A stretch of DNA of 60,489 nucleotides, counting the filler. It is 8 parts of 8 records of this genome, joined end to end, with 100 filler letters (N's around TTAATTAATTAA, not from the genome) between each part and the next. Parts side by side here need not be neighbours in the genome. Positions count along the whole stretch, not along the records: positions 19,266 to 27,198 come from SRR31147125_133892; positions 27,299 to 34,092 come from SRR31147125_134403; 6 more parts are not named here. One strand, given 5' to 3'. The position numbers were made by a program, and so were the translations under genes. Positions 21,470-31,504 of the stretch are shown here, one piece after another. The notes below the pieces were generated by a model that worked only from the letters and a program-made list of their open reading frames with translations, was not told the DNA's origin and did no database searches. The first letter of the stretch is position 1. Every line of letters starts with the position of its first letter.

Positions 21470-22378
21470 ATGAAGATTCATTTTCAGCGTGTCCTCTGCG
21501 CCACGGACCTCTCTGATTTTTCCAATGCAGCCGTTATTCAGGCGATCGGCATGGCCAAGGAGTTCGGGGCGACGCTTTTTATCTGCCATGTGATCGATCT
21601 GCCCATGGTCAGCATGCATGGTGCGGCTTTTGTTTACCCCGAGGATCAGATCGAAGAAATGAAAGCCGGTGCCTTGCAGCAGATCAACGGTTTGGTGAAG
21701 GACAGTTCCCTTAATTGGGAAGCCGTGGTGGAGACCGGCCCCGTGTCAAGCACCCTGTGTCGACTGGCGGCGGATAAACAAGCCGACCTGGCCATTGTTT
21801 CCACCCATGGTCGTACCGGACTCAAACGCCTGTTTTTGGGGTCGGTAACGGAGAGACTGCTCAGAACGATTGGCTGCCCTTTGCTGGTGGTCACCGCATC
21901 CGAGAAAGCCGCAAACCTCCAAGCGTCATTCAAAGGATTCGGTTTCAAGCAGATATTGGTGGGATGTGATTTTTCCGCTGATTCAGGACGGGCCGTGGCG
22001 GTTGGCTTTAGCCTGGCACAAGAATTCGAAGCCGCCATCCACTTGGTTCACGTGGTGGAACCATTTGTCTATCGGGATACGACGATGCCGGATGCGGCGA
22101 AAATTGATACTTTCAGTGACCTCGCCACCGGCTGTCGTGAGCGGATGGAGGCCCTGGTGCCGGAAGAGGCGCACAACTGGTGCAAGATTCATATCGTTTG
22201 TGAGGCCGGCAAACCATTTCAGGCGTTGAAGAGGTATGCCGATGCACAGCAGATCGACCTGATTGTTCTGGGCGTGCGTGGACACAGCCTGGTGGAGACC
22301 ATGCTTCTGGGGTCGACAACAGACCGGGTTGTCCGAGGCGTATCCTGCCCGGTATTGTCCGTTTGCCCACCCTGCTGA
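21470..22378 (+). CDS. Universal stress protein with tandem USP domains
   Basis: Two USP repeats: VLCATDLS...STHGRTG...LGSVTERL and ILVGCDFS...GVRGHS...LGSTTDRV. Confidence 0.93.
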   Translation: MKIHFQRVLCATDLSDFSNAAVIQAIGMAKEFGATLFICHVIDLPMVSMHGAAFVYPEDQIEEMKAGALQQINGLVKDSSLNWEAVVETGPVSSTLCRLAADKQADLAIVSTHGRTGLKRLFLGSVTERLLRTIGCPLLVVTASEKAANLQASFKGFGFKQILVGCDFSADSGRAVAVGFSLAQEFEAAIHLVHVVEPFVYRDTTMPDAAKIDTFSDLATGCRERMEALVPEEAHNWCKIHIVCEAGKPFQALKRYADAQQIDLIVLGVRGHSLVETMLLGSTTDRVVRGVSCPVLSVCPPC

Positions 22379-22399
22379 TTATCAACAGCCAATGGGCTT

Positions 22400-22789
22400 C
22401 TATGGGTGGCTCTTCCTGCCGAGCCATCGACGCTGTGGTGCGCTTTTATCTTTCATCTTATCACGCCTGGCCGCTTTTGAATGGATCAAAGCCAACATGG
22501 CCGCGTGTGCTGCCATTTTCAACTCCGGGTTATGGATATCGAGAAGAATCGTTTTTCTCCAGTTGATCAGAGACCACAGCAGGATCATAAGCGCACATCC
22601 GCAGAAAAGAAGAAGATAGAGGGCTGTATGAAGGGGGATGATGCTGGCGACGGAAAGAAATAAAACAATGGCTGACGCAGACCATACATAAATTCTTATC
22701 TGGCCCGCGACAAAGTTGTGATTCACGATCGTCCAAATGCAAGCCCTGGCTAAAACAGACCTGACTTTGGATGGTTTGCTGCTGTTCAT
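22400..22789 (-). CDS. Hypothetical membrane protein
   Basis: 129-aa ORF with an AAGGAGG RBS and two hydrophobic segments. No family recognised. Confidence 0.6.
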   Translation of the reverse strand: MNSSKPSKVRSVLARACIWTIVNHNFVAGQIRIYVWSASAIVLFLSVASIIPLHTALYLLLFCGCALMILLWSLINWRKTILLDIHNPELKMAAHAAMLALIHSKAARRDKMKDKSAPQRRWLGRKSHP

Positions 22790-22996
22790 GGCGAACCTCC
22801 TTTGGTTATGTCATCGTTATGGACCCTCCTTTCTTCACCACTATTCTCAGCTGCTGGCTCCCAAGGCCAATACAGCCGGTATTCAACCTTCAGCCTGATA
22901 CTCACCTTTACTGATAATTATAAATGCGAGCCGATGGGATGTCAATTGATGAGACATTTTCAATATATATGTGTGTGGAATGAATCAACGCATTTA

Positions 22997-24202
22997 TTAT
23001 CCGTCGCGGGGCAGCCTGAAAACAAAAGGCAAACCCAGCAAACCAATCAGTGCGAAAATAACAAAAGTGGTTTTCAGGCCGATGAGGTCACCGGATATGC
23101 CGACGACGACCACCACCGCCGATCGGGCCAGAAAAGAAATCATCATGAACAGCCCGTTGGCCGCCGATGGGCTGTGCATGGCGTGTTCCTGGACCAGGGC
23201 CAGCATTACCGGCGTCGTGGACAACAACGTGAAGCCGGTCAGCACCAGCATGACATAGGCAGCCCAGCCCTCGACCCATACAAACAGCAGCAACGAAAGC
23301 GGCGCTCCCAGCAGAGACAGGATTAACAGGCGCCGACGGCCAAAGCGGTCACTCAGCGTCCCGGCCACCATAACTCCCACCACTCCAGCGGTTTCATAAA
23401 TCGTCAGGCCTGCGCCGGCCAGCCAGAGATTGTCCGTGGTCATGACAATGAATGTGGGCAAAAACGACGCCATGCAGCCATGCATGAATCCCCTGGCGAC
23501 CAGAATACCGGTAATGGGCATCAGGATGTGATTCATGCCACGCCAGGTTTCGATCAGGGGGGTCCGGGAAACCGCGGTGGAAGTGACGGGCAGGTTACGG
23601 GTGGTTGTGAAAAGCAGGCTTGAGCACAGAAAACCTACCACCATGACCGGGTAGAACCCTTCCAGGCCCATGAGCGCCACGACACTGACCGCTGCCATGG
23701 GGCCGACAGCCCTGGCCGCCTCTCCGCCGACCATGAAAAAAGACATTCCCAACCCCTTTTGATTGCCGGACATGCGGGCAACCACCACGGGTGCGGGTAC
23801 ATGAAACAGCGAGACGCTGATGCCGGCCAAGACCATGAGGATCAGCAGAACCGCATAGGAAGGCGCGATGCCGATCAGGCTCATGGGCACGGCCGTCAAT
23901 GCCGGCGCCATGACGATAAACCAGCGCACACTGAATCGATCCGCAAGTGAACCGATCCACGGGTTGATCAATGCCGGTAGCTGCATTACCGTAGAAAGAA
24001 GGCCTGCTTGCGTCAGGGTAAGAGATAATTTATCGATTAACAACGGCAGCAATGGCGCCAAAAAACTCGAATACACATCGTGAACGAAATGACCGATGGA
24101 AATGGCGATGACACCCGGCAGATTGAAGTGATTGGGAGCGTTCTCTGATTTTACGAAAGTCGGCATGATTTCCATTCGTCGATTTTGCATGCAAGGCGGC
24201 AA
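22997..24202 (-). CDS. MFS transporter (Fsr-like)
   Basis: GHFVHDVY, GSLADRF, SLFHVPA and GTLSDRFGRR motifs; about 12 hydrophobic segments. The exact start is uncertain. Confidence 0.9.
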   Translation of the reverse strand: MPPCMQNRRMEIMPTFVKSENAPNHFNLPGVIAISIGHFVHDVYSSFLAPLLPLLIDKLSLTLTQAGLLSTVMQLPALINPWIGSLADRFSVRWFIVMAPALTAVPMSLIGIAPSYAVLLILMVLAGISVSLFHVPAPVVVARMSGNQKGLGMSFFMVGGEAARAVGPMAAVSVVALMGLEGFYPVMVVGFLCSSLLFTTTRNLPVTSTAVSRTPLIETWRGMNHILMPITGILVARGFMHGCMASFLPTFIVMTTDNLWLAGAGLTIYETAGVVGVMVAGTLSDRFGRRRLLILSLLGAPLSLLLFVWVEGWAAYVMLVLTGFTLLSTTPVMLALVQEHAMHSPSAANGLFMMISFLARSAVVVVVGISGDLIGLKTTFVIFALIGLLGLPFVFRLPRDG

Positions 24203-24366
24203 TCTATAAAATCGAGTATAGATTCGTGCCTGACCGGAGACGGGCCACCAGAAAAGGACCCGTCGGTCATTTCTGAAGGGGCTTCCGACTATACCCGCCC
24301 GCCATGTCCTTGGTCAAGAAAATGTGTCGCTCTTTGTTTGCCCCATAACATTGAAAGGTTCGCCAG

Positions 24367-25370
24367 ATGTATCTTGCCAGCCTTCGAGATAGAAGTAGCA
24401 GCAACCGCCGGTATGTGATTCGCCAATCCTATGCCGACGGTGACTGTTATCGCAGCCGGGATCTTTTTGATTTGGGTGAAGACCCAAAACGATTCATCAA
24501 GTACCCCGGTGGAAACGGTTTTTATATCGACACGGATGTGGAAGACGCCATATCCGAACAAGGGGTGGACGCCTCGCAGGATGATCTGGAGTCGATCTTC
24601 ATGCCCTTTATCGATCCGCATATCCGGCGGGTGATCGATGCTTTTGATCGGCGGTCACGTCATCGGCGGCGGCGAACCGGCGAGTGCCTTCCCGCCGAGA
24701 CGGCTCATCTATTCGACAGGTATCGTCTGCACTACCTAAAACTGGGTCGTGTCGATCAGCGACGGATGGGGTGCACGCCCAGGACCTTTTACGCCGGTCT
24801 TCATAATAAGTCCCGCGATGAGATCGAATTCGATTTCATCGCGGCGGAAAGAATTCTCAAACCGCACGAACTGGCCCGGTACACCTATAAAATTTTCGAT
24901 CTACAACGCTGCTTCCAAGAGCAATTCGCGCAAAGTCACCCCGAGGCCTTGGATCAGAATCGCATGGATCGATTCTTCGTGAAAAACCTTTGTGAACTCG
25001 ATGCGGATGCGTCGTTCTGGATCGGTAGTGCCCAGGAGGAAGGCTACACCAGCATCTGGTGCGCTATGCGGTGATGTATTTTGACAGCAGCTTCCCGATG
25101 CGCGATCCATTTCAGGATTATTTGCGTGCTTTTAGGAACCGCCATCGTGTTCATCAACCGCCGGAAAGCGTGCAGGTCAGTTTGGCCGAATCGGCAGGCC
25201 TGTTCGGCGTGACCGTCGAAGCGTTAAAGGGGATGGATTGCCGGGCCTTGACCAGACAATATCGTAAACTGGCCCTGACGCACCATCCGGACCAAGGCGG
25301 CAACCCGAAAAACTTCGTCAAGCTCACCGCAGCCTATCAAAAACTCATGCAACGTAAATCAAGGGGATAA
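24367..25370 (+). CDS. Protein with a C-terminal J (DnaJ-like) domain (frameshift near 25042, likely sequencing error)
   Basis: ORFs 24367-25074 and 25059-25370 join through ...EEG-LHQHLVRYAVMYFD. The C-terminus has YRKLALTHHPDQGG...FVKLTAAY (HPD motif). Confidence 0.8.
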
Positions 25371-25433
25371 AAAAACAAAGGCACCGGTGAGAGTCGCCGA
25401 TGCCCCTAAAATCACCTCACATGAATAACTGGA

Positions 25434-26015
25434 TTATGGTTGCTGCGGTGCCGGTGGGGGCGTGGTACCGATTCGTTCCTCATAGGTGGACAACAAAAAC
25501 AAGGTGGCCAGCGGTTGGGTAAAGATGACGCCGATGAAAACGGTTCCGCCGATCATGGTAATGGCCATGAAAACAATCACCACAACCACATGATCCACGA
25601 TGGCCCCGCGCCTGCTCATGTCAAAACTCTCCTTGACCGCGCCGATAACATCCATCTTTTTGTCGGTCATCAGCGGAAGCATGTAAATACAGCAGAATGT
25701 CACAGCAACCGTGATTAGGATGCCGGGAATAAAGAACAGGGCGAAGCCGATGGAGGCGACCACCAGCACAACCAGACCGAACCCCAAAAGGGGGAGGAAT
25801 AGCTTCATATGTGAAAACAAGTCCTGGACTTTTGGTTCGCGGCCGTTTCGAATCAAAAGCAGCAGGCTCTGGGTGTAACCGGCCAGGGCGACGGGTGCCA
25901 GAATGCCCAAGGTGAGAGAACTTACGCCGACAAAAACCAGCGTCAATAGAATCAGTGAAACAATGTGTTTAAGGGTCAGATTCCAGGCGTTTTCGATATG
26001 GCGCTTAAAATCCAT
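25434..26015 (-). CDS. Hypothetical integral membrane protein
   Basis: 193 aa with multiple TM segments, an AGGAG RBS and a Pro-rich tail. Confidence 0.75.
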   Translation of the reverse strand: MDFKRHIENAWNLTLKHIVSLILLTLVFVGVSSLTLGILAPVALAGYTQSLLLLIRNGREPKVQDLFSHMKLFLPLLGFGLVVLVVASIGFALFFIPGILITVAVTFCCIYMLPLMTDKKMDVIGAVKESFDMSRRGAIVDHVVVVIVFMAITMIGGTVFIGVIFTQPLATLFLLSTYEERIGTTPPPAPQQP

Positions 26016-26196
26016 GGGCTCTCCTAATCGAGTAAGCGTTGACGAAGAAGGCGACAGTTTGTAATTTCATCTTTAAACGGTGCAAGATGTTGTGCGCCGG
26101 AGACCGCGATCGAACAAGTACCGGCATATAACGGTTTTCAGGCGCATTTGTCAACGCTGTGCGATGATATAAATGTGTTTAATAGTCAGCGGTGAC

Positions 26197-26376
26197 CTAC
26201 CGCTCCAGGCGGCCATCGAGAATCCGGCGCATTTGATCCCGTTCGGCCCTGGCCCTGGCCAGGGCGTGGCGCAATTCATCGCGTTCGTGAGCCGGACAGT
26301 CCGTAAGCTGCTTTTCCACGCGATCCACGGCCTGCTGAAGCCGGTACAAATCCATTGCAATCAGGCGCAGGGACAT
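26197..26376 (-). CDS. Small helical (coiled-coil-like) hypothetical protein, 59 aa (below the ORF-track cutoff)
   Basis: Manual translation: MSLRLIAMDLYRLQQAVDRVEKQLTDCPAHERDELRHALARARAERDQMRRILDGRLER*. It starts 5 nt after the yceD stop with an AAGGA RBS. Confidence 0.7.
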   Translation of the reverse strand: MSLRLIAMDLYRLQQAVDRVEKQLTDCPAHERDELRHALARARAERDQMRRILDGRLER

Positions 26377-26381
26377 GCCGG

Positions 26382-26942
26382 TTAATCCTTATTGGGGGGC
26401 AGGGCAAGCGTTTTGAGGACGGCAAAAGGACTGTTTTGAGTCTGGTTGTCACATTGGCAGGAATCGTGGTTAAGATCGGCGCCACAGCGGCTGCATAACC
26501 CCTTGCAGGTGTCACGGCACAGGGGTTTGTAAGGCAGTGCCATGATGACCTGCTGGACAATCTCCTCGCTCAGATCGATGCTGTCGCCAACATAGGGGAT
26601 AACATCCATTTCGTCTGCCGACAATTCAGTGTCGTCTGTTGAGCTGTCGCTTTGAAGCGTCGGATTGTCGGCAATGGCAGTGGCGCTAAAATTAGTATTG
26701 ATCGATAGCTCAAAATATTCAAGGCACCGGCTGCAAATAAGACGCGCCGCCGTTTGCACGCGCCCGTCTATCAAAACCGATTCGCCGGCCAGCGTGGCAC
26801 GGATTCGGGCACGCAACGGCCGGGTAAACTCGGCGGTTCCATCGCGGGAAACGGCGGCAAGCAACGGCAACGACAAGGGGTCTACCTGCTCCTCGATGGT
26901 CCATCCGGTGTCCGCGATGCTGGCGATATGAATCCGTAACAT
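26382..26942 (-). CDS. YceD/DUF177 family protein
   Basis: CSRCL and IDL...MALPYKPLCRDTCKGLCSRCGADLN...CQC...SPFAVLK motifs. Confidence 0.9.
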   Translation of the reverse strand: MLRIHIASIADTGWTIEEQVDPLSLPLLAAVSRDGTAEFTRPLRARIRATLAGESVLIDGRVQTAARLICSRCLEYFELSINTNFSATAIADNPTLQSDSSTDDTELSADEMDVIPYVGDSIDLSEEIVQQVIMALPYKPLCRDTCKGLCSRCGADLNHDSCQCDNQTQNSPFAVLKTLALPPNKD

Positions 26943-26944
26943 TT

Positions 26945-27198
26945 TTAGGCTCGATACTTAGATTTACAGCGATTATTATGATATCGGTTCACCCCCCCGG
27001 GGGGAATGATCAGCGGGGCAGGAGACATGGGGAGGCGATCGAGGGCCGGATCGCCTTTGTAGCAAACCAGCTGCCAAATGTCTCGATGGGGAGCGTGACG
27101 GACAATGTAAAGGCCCCCATCATCACCGATGATCTTGAAATAGCGATGGTCCGGTGCCAGCCAGCGATCCTGGATGGTTACGACGGTGATGCGGTTTT
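26945..27198 (-). CDS. Conserved hypothetical protein, C-terminal part
   Basis: Manual translation: ...IQDRWLAPDHRYFKIIGDDGGLYIVRH...WQL. The end is uncertain because of the C7/G6 run. Confidence 0.55.
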
Positions 27199-27298
27199 NN
27201 NNNNNNNNNNNNNNNNNNNNNNNNNNNNNNNNNNNNNNNNNNTTAATTAATTAANNNNNNNNNNNNNNNNNNNNNNNNNNNNNNNNNNNNNNNNNNNN
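27199..27298. other. Artificial contig spacer
   Basis: 44 N + TTAATTAATTAA + 44 N. Confidence 0.99.
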
Positions 27299-27863
27299 TG
27301 TCCCGACTGCGCTCATACATGTAGGCGAAGAGCGTGACACAGAGGAAAGAAGGAGCAAAACGAAGAGCAAAATCGAAACTGTAGATCTGGCTGTCCGGCG
27401 AAGAAATATCAAAGACCAGAAAGGCGAGAGACGGAATGAAGAGAGCTAGAGAGACCTGCAGTCCCCGCTTGGGGCCGAGCAGAAAATGAGCAAACATAGG
27501 AAAGGTATAATGCCACATGAACGCTGTGCTTTTGACCCCTCCACTGACAAAAAGATAGAGGTAAAGAGCATACATCGCCCCGACACCAAGAGACATGTAG
27601 CGTGAATGGTAACCTCTGAAATGCGTGGCAATCAGCAAACAGGCCAGAAAACCGCTGGCTATGAAATCGAATGTCGAAAGAAGGTAGGCGCCCTGAAAAA
27701 AGGCAACAAAGCCCAACAGAAACAGCAGGACAGCGCCCAGGCTGCTGATCCCATAAAGAAGGAGAATTCGTCTGGTCAGATCAGAGCTGTTACTCTGTGG
27801 TTCATTCTTCAGTAGAAAACGTCTGAGCCCCTCCCAAGCCCCCGGTAGTCCCTCTCGGCTCAT
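27299..27863 (-). CDS. Multi-TM N-terminal region of a probable membrane sensor (truncated)
   Basis: About 6 hydrophobic helices with a GG...W...FP...FLLG..RG pattern typical of membrane input domains. The output domain is not visible. Confidence 0.6.
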
Positions 27864-27970
27864 ATGCGCCCTTCAAACTGTATGGCAAACGTCAATAAAA
27901 CAAAAACAACATATAATATTGCACAATAACATCAGAAACCGGGCTTAAGTCAATTTCTATCAAACCTCCT

Positions 27971-29179
27971 TCAACGAATCACTTCCGGACAGTAGCCCTC
28001 TTCTTCAAGCTGCATCAGGATGTCCTCAATGTGGTTGGAACCACGGGTCTCCAAATCGAGGATCACTTCGGCCTCACCGATCGGCAGTGACGACTTGTGG
28101 CGATCGTGGCTGACCTGAAAAATATTGGCTTTCAGCTCACTGAGGATCTGGGTGAGCTTGGCGAGGGCCCCTGGCATATCAATCATTTCCAGACGCAGTT
28201 TAAGATAACGTCCTTCGGCAAGCATGCCCCGTTCGACAACCCGGGCCATGGTCTGCACGTCAAGATTCCCGCCTGAAAGAAGGCAGACCGTTTTGCCATG
28301 CTGAAGCGGCTCTATTCCGTAAAGAAGGGCTGCCAGCCCGACGGCACCGGCGCCTTCCACAACCATCTTTCCTTTTTCCATCAGGCTGACGATCGACTTG
28401 GCGATCGACTCTTCGTCAATCGTGACAATGTCGTCAATATATTTTTCCAGAATCGGGAAGGTCAGCTCCCCGACCTGTTTGATTGCGATCCCTTCCGCCA
28501 GTGAGTGACAACGGGTTGCCAGGTACGCAGGTTTCCCCTTACGCCGTGCCAGTGATGCGCTGGCCATACAGGCGGCCTCAACACCGATCACCCGCACCTT
28601 CGGCTTGGTCTCTTTCAGAACCGTTGCCACTCCAGCAGCCAACCCCCCACCCCGATCGGCACCAGCAAGGTATCGATATCGGGAAGATCCTGAAAAATTT
28701 CCAGACCGATACTCCCCTGACCCGCCATGATCAACTCATGATCAAAAGCTGGAACGTAAAGCAGATCGTGTTCCTGGCTCATCTTCGTCGCATAACTCTC
28801 AGCCTCATCAAAGGTGCTGCCGTGAAAGATAACCTGCGCTCCATACTCGACCGTTGCCAGCTCCTTCGCCAGAGGTGTCCCCTCCGGCATAACAACCGTG
28901 CAGGGGCACCCGAGCAAAGACGATGCCCGCCAGACCCTGACTATGATTCCCGGCAGAGGCGGTAATGACACCCCCATCAAGCCGTTTCCGTTCCTGTTGG
29001 CTGAGAAAATGGTAGGCGCCACGGATCTTGAAGGATCCGGCGAACTGTAAATTTTCACATTTGAAATAGAGGGGCGACCCGAGGGTCTTTGAATAGTAGG
29101 GGGAATGAATCATCTCAGTGTGACGAACCTGACCACACAGGTTTTCCGCGGCTTTTTCAATCTGTTGTCTTGTCAGCAT
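27971..29179 (-). CDS. ilvA: Threonine ammonia-lyase with a C-terminal ACT domain (two frameshifts, likely sequencing errors)
   Basis: KCENLQFAGSFKIRGA (PLP Lys), ASAGNH, MAGQGSIG, PIG(GGG)L, EGAGA, SGGN and ACT (DMPGAL). Three ORFs join at about 28927 and 28650. Confidence 0.9.
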
Positions 29180-29329
29180 CGCTCTCTCCCACATGCAAGT
29201 GAACAGCAAGAACGCCCTGCCAATGATCTGCTCAAGTGTACCACAGATCACCTACAGCGCTAATTCTGCTGCGCTCACACAGATCATTCTGCTACTATGG
29301 CCGCTTACTTGCTGTGGGAGGAGGACATA

Positions 29330-29845
29330 ATGAGAGAACCTGAAACGACCGAAGAACCTTTGATTCCACGCCTGCTGGCAACCAACGCCTTGAGGGCCAA
29401 TCTGTCCAAGCATATGGACCTGAACAAGATGGCCGATTCAAAAGCGTCGATGATCATGACGGCCTCCTCTCTGGTCATCACCGTCACCCTGACCCAATAT
29501 GACAAACTGGACCTGATCACCACGCTGCTACTGGCGATTTCAGGAATTCTGGCGGTTATTTTTTCGATTCTTGCAATCATCCCGCCGCTGCACATCACAG
29601 ATCACACCAACCTGTTCTACTTCCGCTCCTTCAGCGAACTGTCGGAAGAGGAGTTTCGCGACCAGTTCAAAAAAACAATCGCGGATCGTGAAAAGCTCTA
29701 TGATGCGTACCTGCACGAGATTTACTATCTCGGCCGTCACCGCCTGACCCGCAAGTACAGCCTGATCCGCAACGGCCTCTGGACGCTCCTGTTCGGCCTG
29801 CTCAGTGCGACGCTCTCTGTCCTTGTTCTGCGACTGCCCCTATGA
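29330..29845 (+). CDS. DUF5706 / Pycsar transmembrane-effector-like protein
   Basis: HMDLNKMADSKAS, two TM helices ending in IIPP, NLFYF..F, YLHEIYYLG...KY and a third TM. GGAGGAGG RBS. Confidence 0.8.
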   Translation: MREPETTEEPLIPRLLATNALRANLSKHMDLNKMADSKASMIMTASSLVITVTLTQYDKLDLITTLLLAISGILAVIFSILAIIPPLHITDHTNLFYFRSFSELSEEEFRDQFKKTIADREKLYDAYLHEIYYLGRHRLTRKYSLIRNGLWTLLFGLLSATLSVLVLRLPL

Positions 29846-30572
29846 ACCTGATCCTTCTTTCCGAGGATGATTTTATCGCTCCTGATCGGGTGGTCCTGCA
29901 TGATCGCCGTCAGGAACACATTCTCGCAATCCACAAACCAGAACCGGGTGACAGCCTGCGCGTTGGGCTGATCAACGGGCAGATTGGAACCGGGATCGTC
30001 GAGACGCTGAGATCAGGTCGTGTCGAACTGACCGTGCGGTTCGACGAAGCCCCCCGGAGGCACTGCCACTGACATTACTGCTGGCCCTGCCGCGACCCAA
30101 GATGCTCAAACGGGTTTTACAGGGGATCACCTCACTGGGGGTTAAAAATATCTACTTGATCAACAGCTACCGGGTTGATAAAAGTTTCTGGGGCAGCGCT
30201 CTGCTTCACGAAGACAAGTTGCGTGAGCAGATGATCCTCGGCCTTGAACAGGCCCGTGACACGCTCCTGCCGACCGTTCATCTGCGGCAGCGGTTCAAAC
30301 CGTTTGTTGAAGATGAGCTGCCACAGATTATCGCCGGTCAGCAAGCTTATGTTGCTCACCCGGGAGCGCGTTTAAAAGCACCCACAACCTGCAACAGCCC
30401 TGTGACCCTGGCCATCGGCCCTGAAGGTGGACTTATCCCGTACGAAGTTGACAAACTGGAGGCCTGTGGTTTTCAGCCAATCACTCTGGGAGAAAGAATT
30501 CTGCGTGTTGAGACCGCGGTTCCGGTCCTGATTTCGTGCCTGACTCAAACGTCTGAAGCCCCCGTCCGCTGA
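29842..30572 (+). CDS. rsmE: 16S rRNA m3U1498 methyltransferase (frameshift in the C run near 30050, likely sequencing error)
   Basis: Joined reading gives LLLALPRPKMLKR, GLEQARDT, IGPEGG and LGERILRVETA. Confidence 0.92.
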
Positions 30573-30597
30573 CCGGTACGGGGCATTAAGGAACACC

Positions 30598-31497
30598 ATG
30601 CAAAACAAGTCCGCCTGGGTCTATCTGCTTCTGGTCCTGCCTCCTCTCTTCTGGGCCGGAAACGCAACGCTTGCCCGCGGAGTGGCCGACCTGATCCCGC
30701 CGATCTCCATGTCGTTCTGGCGCTGGGTCATCGCCCTGACGATCCTGGTCCCATTCACCTGGAAGCAGGTTCTCAAAGACTGGCCCGAAATCAAGAAGGG
30801 ATGGTTTTACATCTTTCTGCTGGGCCTGTTCGGGATCGCGTCCTTTAACACGCTGCTCTACACCGCCGCCCAGACAACAACAGCAATCAACATCTCTCTG
30901 ACGCAATCGGTCATGCCGGTCATCATCGTTATGATCAGCTTCCTGCTGTTTGGCAACCGCATCACCCCGAAACAGCTGTTCGCGATTGCCCTCTGTACCC
31001 TCGGCGCCGGTTACATCGTGATCCGCGGAGACATTCAACGCCTCGTCAATCTGGAATTTGTGATCGGTGACCTGATCATGCTGCTGGCGGTCACTCTCTA
31101 CGGCCTCTATACGGCGCTGCTGCGCAAGCGACCGCCGATCCATCCGCTGAGTTTTCTGACCACGACCTTTGCCGTTGGCGTCGTGCTCCTGATCCCGCTC
31201 TACCTGTGGGAGGCACGCTCAGTACCGCCTCTGATCCTGTCACAGCCGGTGGTTCTCAGCCTGCTCTACGTCGCATTCTGTCCGTCAATACTGGCCTACC
31301 TGTGCTGGAATCGCGGGATCCATGAACTGGGAGCCAACAAAGCCGGGCTCTATATCAACCTGATCCCTTTATTTACCGCCCTGCTCGCTGTTATCTTTCT
31401 CGGAGAGCGCTTTCAATCGTTTCATATTGTTGGTATCTGCCTGATTTTTTCCGGCCTTCTATTGTTTAACCTGCCCTTGCGCAGAGCGAAAGGATAG
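30598..31497 (+). CDS. DMT/EamA family transporter
   Basis: LFWAGN, SFWRW, GDLIML, AYLCWNRG and FLGE motifs; 10-TM two-repeat layout. Confidence 0.92.
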   Translation: MQNKSAWVYLLLVLPPLFWAGNATLARGVADLIPPISMSFWRWVIALTILVPFTWKQVLKDWPEIKKGWFYIFLLGLFGIASFNTLLYTAAQTTTAINISLTQSVMPVIIVMISFLLFGNRITPKQLFAIALCTLGAGYIVIRGDIQRLVNLEFVIGDLIMLLAVTLYGLYTALLRKRPPIHPLSFLTTTFAVGVVLLIPLYLWEARSVPPLILSQPVVLSLLYVAFCPSILAYLCWNRGIHELGANKAGLYINLIPLFTALLAVIFLGERFQSFHIVGICLIFSGLLLFNLPLRRAKG

Positions 31498-31504
31498 TCT
31501 GGCG

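Noticed and set aside
22802-23326. 174-aa plus-strand ORF
   Set aside because: It overlaps the MFS gene antisense, has a TTG start and has no recognisable features.
29330-29845. Calling a complete Pycsar defence system
   Set aside because: No cyclase gene is visible on either side within the contig.
30060-30110. TGA at 30070-30072 in rsmE as selenocysteine or readthrough
   Set aside because: The downstream half is in a different frame, and the upstream C-run frameshift explains the stop.
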